Assembly: GCA_013360215.1 (NCBI GenBank)
Contig: JABWCP010000002.1
Coordinates: 62,001 to 126,000 of the forward strand
Reading direction: 5' to 3'
DNA: 64,000 bases
From: a bacterium
Lineage (GTDB): Bacteria > CLD3 > SB21
Shown: positions 41,193 through 48,487 of the stretch, piece after piece
Numbering within the stretch: the stretch's first letter is position 1
Layout: every line of letters starts with the position of its first letter
Translations under genes and position numbers: made by a program
The notes under the pieces: generated by a model
Told to the model about the DNA's origin: nothing
What the model saw: the letters and a program-made list of their open reading frames with translations, nothing else
The model's database searches: none

Positions 41193-42002
41193 ATGAAACA
41201 TGTAAAAACAGTTATTCTGTTAATGGTTTTTGTCAGTTCGTTTGTTTTTGGTCACGGCGGCGGAAAAAATGTAAAACTTCACGTCAATCCAAAGTGGAAA
41301 CAGTGCTCAATCCAACTTGATTCGGCATTAAACCAATCAGCATGGCGCCAGTTTACACGTGAAGCAGGGCTTGTATCATATTTTCGACCGTTGACAGATG
41401 CTAAGCCGATGGGTAAGGGAAAATATGAATTTTCTTTGCTTCAGTGGCAGTCCAAATTTAATGATACGGATGACGCGTGGAATCATACTTTTGTTCATCC
41501 GGATTCCACGCACTGGCTTAAAGAAAATGATAGGCTGCCTTTCCCGGGATTGACTTTTCGATTTGGTGTATCAGAAAAAATGGACTTAGCGGCTTATTGG
41601 ACATCATCACCTGGAGCTAATTATGGTTTTTTTGGCGCTCAGGTACAATATAATCTAGTTCAAAATTGGCTTAATCAGTGGTCGGCCTCGGCACGCCTAA
41701 GTTTTGTGTCTCTCTATGGGCCAAAAGATGTCGATCTTTCGGTATATGGTTTTGATGTGATTGCCAGCCGTGATTTTACTGTTTATTCCAAATGGCTGAA
41801 AGTTACACCATATGTCGGTTTATCAAGTTACGTGTCAGATTCTCATGAAAAATCTTCAAAATTAAATCTGCACGATGAAACCGCTTGGGGTGTTCAAAGT
41901 ATGGTCGGGGGAGTTATTGCTATTTCAAAAGCTAGACTTGCCGCAGAATATAATATTTCAAATATCAGCACATTTTCCGTAAAACTAGGTATTGTTTTCT
42001 GA
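41193..42002 (+). CDS. Hypothetical exported protein, probable beta-barrel
   Basis: Signal peptide, alternating aromatic strands, ends KLGIVF. Confidence 0.6.
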   Translation: MKHVKTVILLMVFVSSFVFGHGGGKNVKLHVNPKWKQCSIQLDSALNQSAWRQFTREAGLVSYFRPLTDAKPMGKGKYEFSLLQWQSKFNDTDDAWNHTFVHPDSTHWLKENDRLPFPGLTFRFGVSEKMDLAAYWTSSPGANYGFFGAQVQYNLVQNWLNQWSASARLSFVSLYGPKDVDLSVYGFDVIASRDFTVYSKWLKVTPYVGLSSYVSDSHEKSSKLNLHDETAWGVQSMVGGVIAISKARLAAEYNISNISTFSVKLGIVF

Positions 42003-42028
42003 ATTAATTGATTATCATTCTCCACGGT

Positions 42029-42070
42029 AAAACGCTTTGTTCTTATACTATAAAAGACAAAGCGTTTTTT
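42029..42070 (+). terminator. Intrinsic terminator
   Basis: AAAACGCTTTGT / ACAAAGCGTTTT. Confidence 0.75.
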
Positions 42071-42185
42071 ATTAATATCTATCAGCTTTCCGATAACAAT
42101 TCGAAAACCCGAAATCCAAAAGCATTGAATTACTAATTAACCGATACAGTACGCTGTAAATTATAGTTTTATAGTTTTCTTTATT

Positions 42186-42200
42186 CGGCATATAAATTGT
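42186..42200 (+). promoter_or_regulatory. Possible sigma54 promoter
   Basis: CGGCATA-TAAA-TTGT vs consensus TGGCACG-N4-TTGC, 47 nt before the ATG at 42248. Confidence 0.35.
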
Positions 42201-42247
42201 AGTATCAAATAGGCCAACATTTGTTAAAATAACCCAAGAGGGGATTT

Positions 42248-42664
42248 ATGAGAACTCTAACATTGGTTATAATTTCATGTTTTGCTTTGAGCTGTGAGTC
42301 AATCAATCAATCATTGTGGAACCATGATGGTTCGGAAGAAAACTTGTTGTCCTACGAAGTAACCCTAATAAATAATGATGGTAATTATTCAAGATCGGGC
42401 GTTCTTCGGATTCAATGGAATAATGAAGGATTAATTACCGGTCAATGGATTATTAACCAAAACGATTCTTATGAGGTCGAAGGACAAAAACAAGATTCAG
42501 GTTTTATCATTGAGTTATTTCCTTATGGGGTAGATTCAGGAGAAAGCATCAGTGGCTCTTTTTCAACTGATAAACAGACTATCAGTGGCGATTGGGAGCA
42601 AATGACTATAGCCGGCCCTTTAACTGGTAGCTTTAATGGATTCTCAACGGGCATTCATCCTTGA
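42248..42664 (+). CDS. Hypothetical lipoprotein
   Basis: RBS GAGGGG; lipobox ALSC; AT-rich. Confidence 0.65.
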   Translation: MRTLTLVIISCFALSCESINQSLWNHDGSEENLLSYEVTLINNDGNYSRSGVLRIQWNNEGLITGQWIINQNDSYEVEGQKQDSGFIIELFPYGVDSGESISGSFSTDKQTISGDWEQMTIAGPLTGSFNGFSTGIHP

Positions 42665-42753
42665 TGATGTGGATTTGGAATTAACAACACATTATTTAAA
42701 AATACTTATTTAAAGAAATTTCTCTTATTCATTCTTTTGAATGACTCCTGTAT

Positions 42754-42781
42754 AGGGTGCGACCTTGTTGGCGCACCTTTT
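42754..42781 (+). terminator. Intrinsic terminator
   Basis: GGTGCG / CGCACC stem plus T tract. Confidence 0.6.
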
Positions 42782-42841
42782 ATTTTTTAGTCATATGTTA
42801 AATGTGATTCTTTTTTAAATAGAATTTTATTCGTATTATTA

Positions 42842-43594
42842 ATGAAAATAAAACTGTTTAAATCTATGGATACTCCCGTTGCACTTGTTACAGGCTCTGG
42901 TAAAAGGTTGGGCCGAAAAATAGCATTGGCTTTAGCTGAAACCGGCTACGATATCATTGTCAATTATCATCAGTCCGTTGCCGATGCCCGTAAAACAGAA
43001 AAACTTATACGTCAAATGGGACGCAAAACGGTGTTGATCAAAGCGGATGTTCGACGTCCGGATCACATAAAAAAAATGTTCAATGAAGTGATTAAGAAAT
43101 TCGGTAAAATTGATGTTCTGATCAATAACGCTGCGATTTTTCCCAAAAAAACCGAACTCCCAAATATCCCCGAATCTATATGGGATGATGTGATTGACTC
43201 GAATCTTAAATCAAGTTTTTTGTGTGCGCAAGAAGCTGCAAAATACATGCTACGCCAAAAATCCGGCAAAATAATTAACATCGCATCGTTAGGCGCATTT
43301 TTATCGTGGAAAAACTACATCCCATATAATGTATCTAAAGCCGGCGTAGTTATGCTAACGCGCAGCTTGGCTAAGGCTTTGGCGCCATATATCACTGTCA
43401 ATGCTGTCGCGCCCGGTACGATCATAGTCCCGGGAGAAGAGGTGTTGTCTGAACATTTACCGACAATGGATCGTATTCCTATGAAAAAATACGGCAAACC
43501 AGCCGATATCACGGCCGCAGTTTTATTCCTACTGCAAAGCGAATACATCACCGGTCAGATCATTGGTGTGGATGGAGGGGCTACAATTCCATAA
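42842..43594 (+). CDS. Short-chain dehydrogenase/reductase (pteridine reductase/FolM-like)
   Basis: TGSGKRLG, NNAA, YNVSK, VNAVAPG. Confidence 0.9.
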   Translation: MKIKLFKSMDTPVALVTGSGKRLGRKIALALAETGYDIIVNYHQSVADARKTEKLIRQMGRKTVLIKADVRRPDHIKKMFNEVIKKFGKIDVLINNAAIFPKKTELPNIPESIWDDVIDSNLKSSFLCAQEAAKYMLRQKSGKIINIASLGAFLSWKNYIPYNVSKAGVVMLTRSLAKALAPYITVNAVAPGTIIVPGEEVLSEHLPTMDRIPMKKYGKPADITAAVLFLLQSEYITGQIIGVDGGATIP

Positions 43595-43637
43595 TACGTG
43601 AGCCGTTCAAAGAAAAAAATTAAAAGGTAAAATTTTA

Positions 43638-43665
43638 TTGATTTTTATTTATAATTCTATATATT
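43638..43665 (+). promoter_or_regulatory. Putative promoter of the split host tRNA
   Basis: TTGATT-16 nt-TATATT (also reads TAnnTTTG), just upstream of 43680. Confidence 0.45.
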
Positions 43666-43679
43666 TGCGACCGGATTTT

Positions 43680-43716
43680 GCCACAATAGCTCAGCGGTAG
43701 AGCAGCTGTTTCGTAA
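43680..43716 (+). pseudogene. 5' half of interrupted tRNA-Thr(CGU)
   Basis: GCCACAA TA GCTC AGCGGTA GAGC A GCTGT TTCGTAA: acceptor 5' strand, D arm, anticodon stem 5' strand and loop. Confidence 0.92.
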
Positions 43717-43736
43717 CCGGCTGCTTTTTTTCTTTT
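43701..43736 (+). terminator. Terminator-like hairpin at the left junction of the insert
   Basis: AGCAGCTG-TTTCGTAAC-CGGCTGCT (8 bp with one G-U) followed by TTTTTTTCTTTT. Confidence 0.6.
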
Positions 43737-44136
43737 ACACCAATAATTAGAAGTAGTTATAATACTAAGTTCACTTGACAGGCGATTTAGCTGATAAGTG
43801 ATATTAGTAATAGTTGTGTTTTTTATTATTTTATTGTGTTAAGTTTGACACAGTTGATTAATATCAACATAAGATATGTCAACGTTTTGTTTTGAATCTT
43901 TTTACAATAATATAATGTGAAGGTGGATAAGGAAAGGGGTATTTCAAAAGATATTTCAATTTATATAATAAGATTTCTACGACCTTGTTTTTTTTATGCT
44001 TGCGCGCGTAAAAAAGAGTATCCCTGAATTAGTTGGAACATGGCACGTCAAAAACACATTGACAGTCAAGTCAAAAAGCAGGGATCATGTATAATGAACC
44101 TAATAGTTTCTCGTTTTTTGTAATAATGAGAAAATC

Positions 44137-44544
44137 ATGAAACAGTTATTTGTCTTTTCTATATTGGCTCTCACATCATGTGAAATTCAAAAAGAGCAAC
44201 AAACTTGTTTAAACGAAAATCATACAAGAAAACTTCATGCTACTGTATGGCGCGAACAGAACAATTCAATGTATGTCGTCTTTCATGAGAATGGATTTCG
44301 TTATGATGTTTATTTTTCAATCGAACCGCCAGTAGGTGAATGCTATAAAGTTCGTACTGCAAAATATACTGAGGGAGACGGGATTGTCCGGATAGGTGAC
44401 GTTGATTATATCTATACGCTCAAAGGCGACACACTACGACGCTACTTACAAGCAAGCTCTTTGATACTACAGGAAGTACTAATCGTAACAACAGTATCGT
44501 TTGACACACTTACTTACTGCCTTGGAAGCGAGAATCCGTTTTAA
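44137..44544 (+). CDS. Hypothetical lipoprotein (cargo of the tRNA insert)
   Basis: MKQLFVFSILALTSC lipobox; 135 aa; no family recognised. Confidence 0.65.
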   Translation: MKQLFVFSILALTSCEIQKEQQTCLNENHTRKLHATVWREQNNSMYVVFHENGFRYDVYFSIEPPVGECYKVRTAKYTEGDGIVRIGDVDYIYTLKGDTLRRYLQASSLILQEVLIVTTVSFDTLTYCLGSENPF

Positions 44545-44569
44545 ACATGGTTATATTAAACGTGAGGAT

Positions 44570-44645
44570 TGGAGCCGATGATCAGGATCGAACTGATGAC
44601 CTTTTGATTACGAATCAAACGCTCTACCAACTGAGCTACATCGGC
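44570..44645 (-). tRNA. tRNA-Thr(CGU), intact with encoded CCA, inside the insert
   Basis: GCCGATG TA GCTC AGTTGGTA GAGC G TTTGA TTCGTAA TCAAA AGGTC ATCAG TTCGATC CTGAT CATCGGC T CCA; all four stems pair; 76 nt. Confidence 0.97.
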
Positions 44646-44661
44646 CAAAAAAATGCGCGTA

Positions 44662-44690
44662 ATTATAACTAATTTTAATTATATTTTCAA
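44662..44690 (-). promoter_or_regulatory. Near-consensus sigma70 promoter for the insert tRNA
   Basis: Minus strand TTGAAA-17 nt-TATAAT, 16 nt upstream of the tRNA, followed by a GC-rich CGCGC discriminator-like segment. Confidence 0.8.
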
Positions 44691-44815
44691 GCCTAAAATA
44701 TGTTGTTTTTTGTAAGTTTAAAGTGATAAGTAAACTGATCAGTGCTGTTAAGTAAAAAGTTCTTTTAAATTATTGTTTTATTAGCGATTAGGTAAGTGGG
44801 GTTACTGTTTCGTAA

Positions 44816-44850
44816 ACAGCAGGTCGCAGGTTCGAATCCCGCTTGTGGCT
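44816..44850 (+). pseudogene. 3' half of interrupted tRNA-Thr(CGU)
   Basis: ACAGC AGGTC GCAGG TTCGAAT CCCGC TTGTGGC T; ACAGC pairs with GCTGT and TTGTGGC with GCCACAA of the 5' half; one A-C mismatch in the T stem; no encoded CCA. Confidence 0.92.
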
Positions 44851-44854
44851 CTTC

Positions 44855-44889
44855 AAAACCTGATCATCATGTGATCAGGTTTTCTTTTT
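44855..44889 (+). terminator. Terminator of the original host tRNA gene
   Basis: AAAACCTGATCA-TCATG-TGATCAGGTTTT then CTTTTT. Confidence 0.85.
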
Positions 44890-45034
44890 AGCTCTCACTT
44901 ATCACGCTAATTAGCTTTTTACAAAACACCTCGTTCCAAATCCCATTTAAGGTTAATTCAAATTTTCTTGAATAAACCTTTATTTGCATTTATCTTTACA
45001 TCACTTTTCCTTTCCAAATAATATATACCCATTT

Positions 45035-46516
45035 ATGAACACAAGTGATGCCATTCAGTTTTATAACGTATTGGTAAAAAATCACGAACGGCGCATTCAA
45101 ACCGTTTTTGAAAAACATCTGAAGCAATGCGCAAAGGAAAAACTGACCTTTGGCGGGCGGCATATGTACAGTTTCCTGAGACCCAATTTTATTACACTGG
45201 AACAATACCGTTATATCCAATACGTTTGCAAGATACTTCGTAATGCCGTTACGAAATTTAAAAATGCCGCGCTCGAAAATCCAATCATCATGGAACAAGC
45301 CGGTCTTTTAGATAGGGAACGCGAACTCGTAATGATGGACCCGGGATATGACAGACTATCGATCACCGCCCGATGGGATTCATTTATGGCCGGCGACGAA
45401 TTAAAGTTCGTGGAGCTTAATGCCGAATGCCCTGCAGGGATTGCTTATTCCGATATTGCAGCCAAGGTGTATGATAGGTTACCGATGATACGCGAATTCA
45501 AAAAACACTATAACGTTGAAAAATTCGCCATCCGTCAGGAATTACTGAACGGATTATTATCTACGTACGCCGTTTGGCGAGGAAACAAAAAGAACAAGAA
45601 GCCACGCATCGCCATAGTAGACTGGAGAGAAGTACCGACATTTACCGAGTTTCAACTTTTTAAGGAATTTTTTAAATCTAAAAAATTAGACTGTATTATC
45701 GTAGATCCGCGTGATCTGACGTATGAAAAAGGTCGCCTCATGGCTGGAAAAAAGGAAATAGATCTGGTTTATAAGCGGATATTGACCAACGACTGTGTTG
45801 AAAAACCGGAGGAAACAAAAGCCTTAGTGCAAGCGTACTGCGATCAAAACGTATGTATGATCAATCCTTTTCGGGCTAAGCTTGTTCACAAAAAATCAAT
45901 GTTCGCTGTTTTGACCCATGAAAAAAATCAAAACCTTTTTAATGGTGAAGAGCTTTCAGTCGTACTCAAACATATCCCATGGACTCGAATGCTCCGTGAT
46001 GAAATCACATACTTTAACGGGAAACAGATTGATCTTTTTGACTACGTATCTACACATAAAAACAATTTCGTCATAAAGCCCAATGATGAGTACGGAGGAA
46101 AAGGGGTTTGTTTAGGAATGGAAGCTACCGACCAGCAGTGGAGCGCTGTGCTCCACGAGGCAAAAAACGGGGAGCACTATGTAGTGCAGGAGCTTGTAAA
46201 AATACCCAAACAACCTTTTCCAACAGTTATCAATGGTAATTTAGAGTTTGTTGATATGGTTGTTGATATGGATCCGTATGCATTCGGTCCGAATGTTGAA
46301 GGTATATTGACACGGTTATCGGCATCTTCACTAGCAAATGTTACTGCTGGCGGGGGTACAACCCCGACTTTTGTTATTACTAAAAAAACAAAAAAAGCAA
46401 AAAAAACTTTTAAAATTAAGGCGAGTAGAGTCAAATCCAAACAAAAGCCTAAATCAAGTTATTTAAAAACAAACATTAAAAAGACTAAAAAGAGCACTAC
46501 TATAAAAAAGGCGTAA
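45035..46516 (+). CDS. Circularly permuted ATP-grasp / glutathionylspermidine-synthase-like ligase with Lys-rich tail
   Basis: Likely start ATG 45035; ARWDSF, FVELNAECPAG, VIKPNDEYGGKGV, VVQE, LANVTAGGG. Confidence 0.75.
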   Translation: MNTSDAIQFYNVLVKNHERRIQTVFEKHLKQCAKEKLTFGGRHMYSFLRPNFITLEQYRYIQYVCKILRNAVTKFKNAALENPIIMEQAGLLDRERELVMMDPGYDRLSITARWDSFMAGDELKFVELNAECPAGIAYSDIAAKVYDRLPMIREFKKHYNVEKFAIRQELLNGLLSTYAVWRGNKKNKKPRIAIVDWREVPTFTEFQLFKEFFKSKKLDCIIVDPRDLTYEKGRLMAGKKEIDLVYKRILTNDCVEKPEETKALVQAYCDQNVCMINPFRAKLVHKKSMFAVLTHEKNQNLFNGEELSVVLKHIPWTRMLRDEITYFNGKQIDLFDYVSTHKNNFVIKPNDEYGGKGVCLGMEATDQQWSAVLHEAKNGEHYVVQELVKIPKQPFPTVINGNLEFVDMVVDMDPYAFGPNVEGILTRLSASSLANVTAGGGTTPTFVITKKTKKAKKTFKIKASRVKSKQKPKSSYLKTNIKKTKKSTTIKKA

Positions 46517-46548
46517 AAAAGAAAAATAGAACTGATCAATAAAAACAA

Positions 46549-47673
46549 ATGTTTAATAATATGAATAACCCCGCTTTCACGATAGGAATTGAAGAAGAAT
46601 TTCAAACTGTAGACCCTGAAACGCGTGAATTGCGTTCTCATGTCAGTGGTCAAATGATCGAGGAAGGTAAATTACTTCTTTCCGAGCAGATCAAAATGGA
46701 AATGCATCAGTCCGTAGTAGAAGTTGGAACGAACATTTGTCAAAACATAGCTGAAGCAAAGGCTGATGTTATAAAGCTGCGTCGTACCATCCATGAACTT
46801 GCCACCAAACGGGGGCTTGGTATCGTTGCTGCCAGTACACACCCGTTTAGTGATTGGAAAACTCAACCCATTACGGAGCATGAACGGTATAAAGAGATAG
46901 TCGAAAACATGGGGGATGTGGCACGTGCCAATCTAATTTTCGGATTACACGTTCATATAGGCATGCCGGATAATGAATCGTGCATTGCGATTCAAAACCA
47001 AATAAGATACTTTTTACCTCATATTTTAGCACTTTCGACAAGTTCACCGTTTTGGATCGGTCGAAGTACTGGCTTAAGCTCGATCAGGACCCAAATTTTT
47101 AGGCGTTTTCCACGAACTGATATCCCACCGATTTTCGACTCATGGTCAGATTTTGAAGATTATGTAAACCTCTTAATTCAAACGAAATGCATTGATAACG
47201 GCAAAAGAATTTGGTGGGATGCACGACCTCATCCGAGCTTTGGAACTTTGGAAGTTAGGATTTGCGATTTGCCTACGCGCGTAGATGAAACGATAGCAAT
47301 TGCGGCTTTGATACAAGCGCTAATGCATACATTATACAGAACTTATAAGAAAAATATGTCCTGGCGCATCTATCCCAATCAATTGATATCAGAAAATAAA
47401 TGGAGGGCAAGTAGGTACGGGTTACATGGTAAATTGATTGACTTTGGTAAAAAAGAAGAAGTACCGACAAAAGAACTAATTTATGAACTAATTCGTTTTG
47501 TAGATGATTCTGTCGAAGAACTTGGAAGTCGCAATGAAATTAACTATATTTATAAAATTTTAGACGGTGGCACCAGTTCTGATCGGCAGTTGGCCGTGTA
47601 CGAACAGTCCGGCAGGGACTTAAAAGCCGTTGTAGATTTTCTATTACGCGATACTTTGGAAGGCTTGTATTGA
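46549..47673 (+). CDS. ybdK: YbdK-family carboxylate-amine ligase (glutamate-cysteine ligase 2)
   Basis: FTIGIEEEFQ, STHPF, FGLHVHIG, SSPFW, WWDARPHP..GTLEVRICD, ENKWRA.RYG. Confidence 0.9.
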   Translation: MFNNMNNPAFTIGIEEEFQTVDPETRELRSHVSGQMIEEGKLLLSEQIKMEMHQSVVEVGTNICQNIAEAKADVIKLRRTIHELATKRGLGIVAASTHPFSDWKTQPITEHERYKEIVENMGDVARANLIFGLHVHIGMPDNESCIAIQNQIRYFLPHILALSTSSPFWIGRSTGLSSIRTQIFRRFPRTDIPPIFDSWSDFEDYVNLLIQTKCIDNGKRIWWDARPHPSFGTLEVRICDLPTRVDETIAIAALIQALMHTLYRTYKKNMSWRIYPNQLISENKWRASRYGLHGKLIDFGKKEEVPTKELIYELIRFVDDSVEELGSRNEINYIYKILDGGTSSDRQLAVYEQSGRDLKAVVDFLLRDTLEGLY

Positions 47674-47722
47674 CAATTTTTTTCATAAAATAATATCAAC
47701 TTATTAAATAATTGGAGGTTAT

Positions 47723-48385
47723 ATGGGTATTTTCACACGTATGGCGGATATCGTAAAAGCCAACATCAATGACTTTTTGGACAAGGCCGAAGATCCTGAA
47801 AAAATGATCAAACAAATGGTCATCGAAATGGAAGAAGCAGTAAATAAGGCTACAACAGCCGTTGGAACAGCTATCGCTAATCAAAAAAGACTCGAAAAAC
47901 AGTTCAATGAAAACAAAAAGCTGGCCGATGAATGGCAAAACAAGGCTGTTCAGGCGGTTAATGCCGGACGCGATGATTTGGCTTCACAGGCTTTGGCAAA
48001 GAAAAACTCGTATGCGACGGCTGCCGCTTCTTTAGAGCCGACGTTACAACAAGCTACGGCTACAGCCGAACAAATGAAGACACAGTTGCAACAATTAAAA
48101 GCTAAACTTGACGAAGCTCGTGTCAAACAAAACACCTTGATAGCTCGCCACCAAGCTGCAAAAGCTAAAAAAATGATTGCTCAACAAATGTCTGGCATCG
48201 GCGGCGGCGCTTTTGGCAACTTCGATAAGTTTGAGAAAAAGGTTGAAGATGTCGAAGCGGAAGCAGATGCGCATGTTGAACTTTCAGGACAAAATACAAG
48301 TCTAGATGATGAATTTAAAAAGCTATCAACAGATACCACAGTTGATTCTGAATTAGCCGCTTTGAAAGCTCAATTAGGTAAATAA
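47723..48385 (+). CDS. pspA: PspA/IM30 family protein
   Basis: MGIFTRMADIVKANIN..LDKAEDPEKM; coiled coil; VDSELAALKA. Confidence 0.92.
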   Translation: MGIFTRMADIVKANINDFLDKAEDPEKMIKQMVIEMEEAVNKATTAVGTAIANQKRLEKQFNENKKLADEWQNKAVQAVNAGRDDLASQALAKKNSYATAAASLEPTLQQATATAEQMKTQLQQLKAKLDEARVKQNTLIARHQAAKAKKMIAQQMSGIGGGAFGNFDKFEKKVEDVEAEADAHVELSGQNTSLDDEFKKLSTDTTVDSELAALKAQLGK

Positions 48386-48401
48386 TATTTTAATTTTTAT
48401 C

Positions 48402-48434
48402 AGGGGCTGATTCAATTCTGAAACAGCCCCTTTT
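48402..48434 (+). terminator. Intrinsic terminator after pspA
   Basis: AGGGGCTG / CAGCCCCT plus TTT. Confidence 0.8.
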
Positions 48435-48446
48435 ATTCATTCTGAT

Positions 48447-48474
48447 TCGATGCATAATATATATTATGTAAACT
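48447..48474 (+). other. dif site (XerC/XerD chromosome dimer resolution)
   Basis: TCGATGCATAA-TATATA-TTATGTAAACT, 11-6-11 layout; spacer and right arm match the B. subtilis dif as I recall it; left arm ends GCATAA as in E. coli dif; intergenic. Confidence 0.85.
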
Positions 48475-48487
48475 TATTAAAATCCAC

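Larger units (their letters stand above)
43706..44815. mobile_element. 1.1-kb integrase-less element inserted in tRNA-Thr(CGU)
   Basis: Bounded by CTGTTTCGTAA at 43706-43716 and 44805-44815; deleting 43717-44815 (1099 bp) rebuilds a 72-nt cloverleaf; very AT-rich non-coding interior. Confidence 0.88.

Noticed and set aside
21041-42131. AAGCATTGAATT at 21041 and 42120 as island boundaries
   Set aside because: An AT-rich 12-mer 21 kb apart enclosing host-like genes; compatible with chance.
36243-42664. Integron-like cassette array of short same-strand genes
   Set aside because: No repeated attC-like intergenic element and no integrase; the genes are common families.
42793-42803. Second dif-like arm ATATGTTAAAT (also TTATGTTAAT near 48691)
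   Set aside because: No matching XerC arm at 6-bp spacing; expected by chance in AT-rich DNA.
44059-44095. TTGACA...TATAAT promoter for the 44137 gene
   Set aside because: The spacer is 25 nt, too long; TATAAT alone may still be used.
43710-44613. Inversion switch between the oppositely oriented TTCGTAA loops
   Set aside because: Only 7 bp are shared, and hybrid tRNAs would have unpaired acceptor and anticodon stems.
43717-44815. Group I intron in the tRNA anticodon loop
   Set aside because: The ends are an 11-bp duplication, so the 5' exon cannot end in U while the intron ends in G. There is a terminator-like hairpin at the start, an antisense tRNA inside and no recognisable core.
43680-44850. 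Archaeal-type trans-spliced split tRNA
   Set aside because: Bacterial context, no complementary leader/trailer or bulge-helix-bulge seen; the target duplication explains the split.
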